From: an uncultured Chloroflexia bacterium
GTDB taxonomy: Bacteria > Chloroflexota > Limnocylindria > Limnocylindrales > CSP1-4
DNA length: 64,000 bases
Assembly (NCBI GenBank): GCA_963711405.1
Contig: CAVQDZ010000001.1
Span: 176,722 to 240,721 of the forward strand
Reading direction: 5' to 3'
Position numbers and translations under genes: made by a program. Under the pieces are notes generated by a model. The model worked only from the letters and a program-made list of their open reading frames with translations. It did no database searches and had not been told where the DNA came from. Positions 62,529-64,000 of the stretch are shown here, one piece after another. Every line of letters begins with the position of its first letter. Position 1 is the stretch's first letter.

Positions 62529-62583
62529 CGCAGCGGCTTGAAGCCGCGTTCATCTACCGCCGCCGTGTAAGAGGGAGGAATTG

Positions 62584-63553
62584 ATGTTGACCATGCGCGT
62601 CTGGCTGGCCCTGGTGGTCTGGCTGATCGCAACCGCTGTAATCGGGTTTCTGGCTGCTCCACGCGCCAACGCAGGCTTCGTCGACGGAGCAGCCGTGCTC
62701 AGCTTCGCGACGCTGGCCGCCGTGGGCATCGAACGCATGCTGGAGCTGATGTGGTCGTTCGCGAGCGCGTCACAGCGGGCCGGTGGCTGGTGGCCGCTCA
62801 AGCAGGTGACTGAGGCGATCGACACGGTTCTGAACGAGACCAACGCATTCCTGGGCGATCACGTCAAGGACGCGATCGATGCCCTGAACAAGACCAAGAA
62901 AACCGTTGAGGACCAGCCGGCGAAGGTCAAGGAGATCGACGACACCATCGCCGCGATCGCAGCGATGCAAAAGTCGTCCCAGACAAAGCTCGATCAGGCA
63001 CAGAAACTGGCCCCCGGCAGCGAGCGCCTGGCGCTCATTGCCGCCATATCTGCCGACGCCAGCAGCCAGCTGAACAACGGCCTTGGGCTGGCCGGCGACC
63101 TATCGGCGGACGCCAAGAAGCTGATCGACCAAATCAGACGAGGCGATCGATTTCGCGCTCACGATCGTCGCGTCGTTTTCCGACAATCCCGCGCGACGTG
63201 TCGCCAGCATCCTGATCGGTGGCGGTTTGGGGATCGTCATCGCCAGCTTCGTGGGCCTGAACATCTTCGCCGCGGTGCTTGGGTCAGGATCGGGCTACTT
63301 CGGTACCGGACTGGGCGTGATCCTGTCCGGCTTCATCGTGGGTCTTGGATCGAGCCCCACCCATGAGCTGATCAAGGGCCTTCAGAACTACAAGCAGTCG
63401 CGCGGCACGATGGTCGAGTCGCGATCGAGCGACCCAGCTGAGGCAGATGACCGTCCGCAGATCGTGCGCCGCGACGGCCAGCGGATGGTCGCCCCCACGG
63501 TCGGTGCCAAGACCCAGGGAGGCCGCCGCGTTCTGCTACGCGGCACCCAGTAA
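62584..63553 (+). CDS. membrane protein: N-terminal TM, central coiled-coil, C-terminal glycine-zipper TM hairpins; frameshift near 63130
   Basis: RBS agagggagga. ATG 62584 (MLTMRVWLALVVWLIATAVIGFLAAP...). Coiled-coil region 62800-63120. Continues in ORF 63227..63553 (GGGLGIVIASFVGLNIFAAVLGSGSGYFGTGLGVILSGFIVGLGSS). Confidence 0.45.
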
Positions 63554-63564
63554 TCGTCGGCTGT

Positions 63565-64000
63565 CTAGCCCTGCCGCCTGAAGTGGCGGCCGCCGAGCAG
63601 CAGTCCCACGATGATCGCGACGTCCAAGACGGGACTGACAACGAGCTCCATCCTGAGCGCGGGCCAGGTGCTGCCGGGCTCTGCGGCCGGGTAGAACGCG
63701 TCCTGCCAGAACCCCACTCCGACGAGGATTCCTACTACCCCAACCAAAAGGCCCAGCAGGCGGGCCCACAGGTGGTGCCGCCACGCGAAGACGCCGGCCA
63801 CGAGGTAGGGAATACCGACCCCGGCGACGGGCAGGCCAAAGCCGTAGTTGTTGGGCACTATCACGCTGGCCATGAGCACCACGCCGCAGGCCATGAGGAG
63901 GATCGCGGCGCCTTGTGCCCAGCGGCTGGTGCCGTACTCGTGGTTCACGACGACGCCGATGCCATAACGGACTCCCGGCCCGACGCGGCGAGCGAGTCTT
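63565..64000 (-). CDS. hypothetical small membrane protein (possibly extending past window end)
   Basis: ORF 63565..63948 has 4 hydrophobic helices. There is no in-window stop upstream of the GTG at 63948. Confidence 0.3.
   Translation of the reverse strand, partial: RLARRVGPGVRYGIGVVVNHEYGTSRWAQGAAILLMACGVVLMASVIVPNNYGFGLPVAGVGIPYLVAGVFAWRHHLWARLLGLLVGVVGILVGVGFWQDAFYPAAEPGSTWPALRMELVVSPVLDVAIIVGLLLGGRHFRRQG

Noticed and set aside
1-64000. CRISPR arrays, IS elements, integrases, prophage genes
   Set aside because: No regularly spaced direct repeats were seen. No transposase, integrase or phage structural motif was found. The only tandem repeats are the 60-bp coding repeat at 46262 and the 16-bp junction duplication.

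Overview
This is a 64 kb, very GC-rich (about 70%) chromosomal segment. I read its gene content as Actinomycetota-like: MtrAB-like two-component pair, PAC2, RIO kinase, F420-dependent LLM and DUF385 enzymes, mycothiol-type DinB proteins, an ECF41 sigma factor and a CspA homologue. I can support about 60 protein-coding genes. I found no rRNA, tRNA, CRISPR array, transposase or integrase.

Content in order along the window:
- A cell-wall remodelling block: FemAB-family transferase, PAP2 phosphatase, a secreted GH25 muramidase and three tandem M14 zinc-carboxypeptidase paralogues.
- A roughly 10 kb minus-strand (chito)oligosaccharide / amino-sugar uptake and catabolism operon: SIS isomerase, GH3 NagZ-like hexosaminidase, CUT1 ABC transporter, ROK kinase, ROK regulator and GH1 glycosidase, followed by an OmpR/HisKA two-component pair.
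- PAC2, RIO kinase, and a GAF-GAF-GGDEF-EAL c-di-GMP protein.
- Two YciI-like proteins next to a long ECF sigma factor.
- A DoxX-Rieske fusion.
- Several secreted surface proteins: a beta-helix protein, a TSP3 calcium-repeat protein, an Ig-like protein and an FN3 protein.
- Two further ECF sigma factors, one with an anti-sigma-like partner carrying Asp/Gly tandem repeats.
- A TetR-MFS efflux pair and a cluster of F420-associated enzymes.
- At the 3' end, a csp gene with a clean terminator, followed by an uncharacterised three-gene operon: an acidic peptide, a C39-like cysteine peptidase and a coiled-coil membrane protein.

About one third of the genes are broken by single-nucleotide frameshifts, sometimes two to five per gene. 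This points to indel-prone sequence or widespread pseudogenisation. The gene calls below follow frames that I reconstructed by eye.

The ORF track omits ORFs that run off the window edge, and it lists GTG/TTG starts as M.
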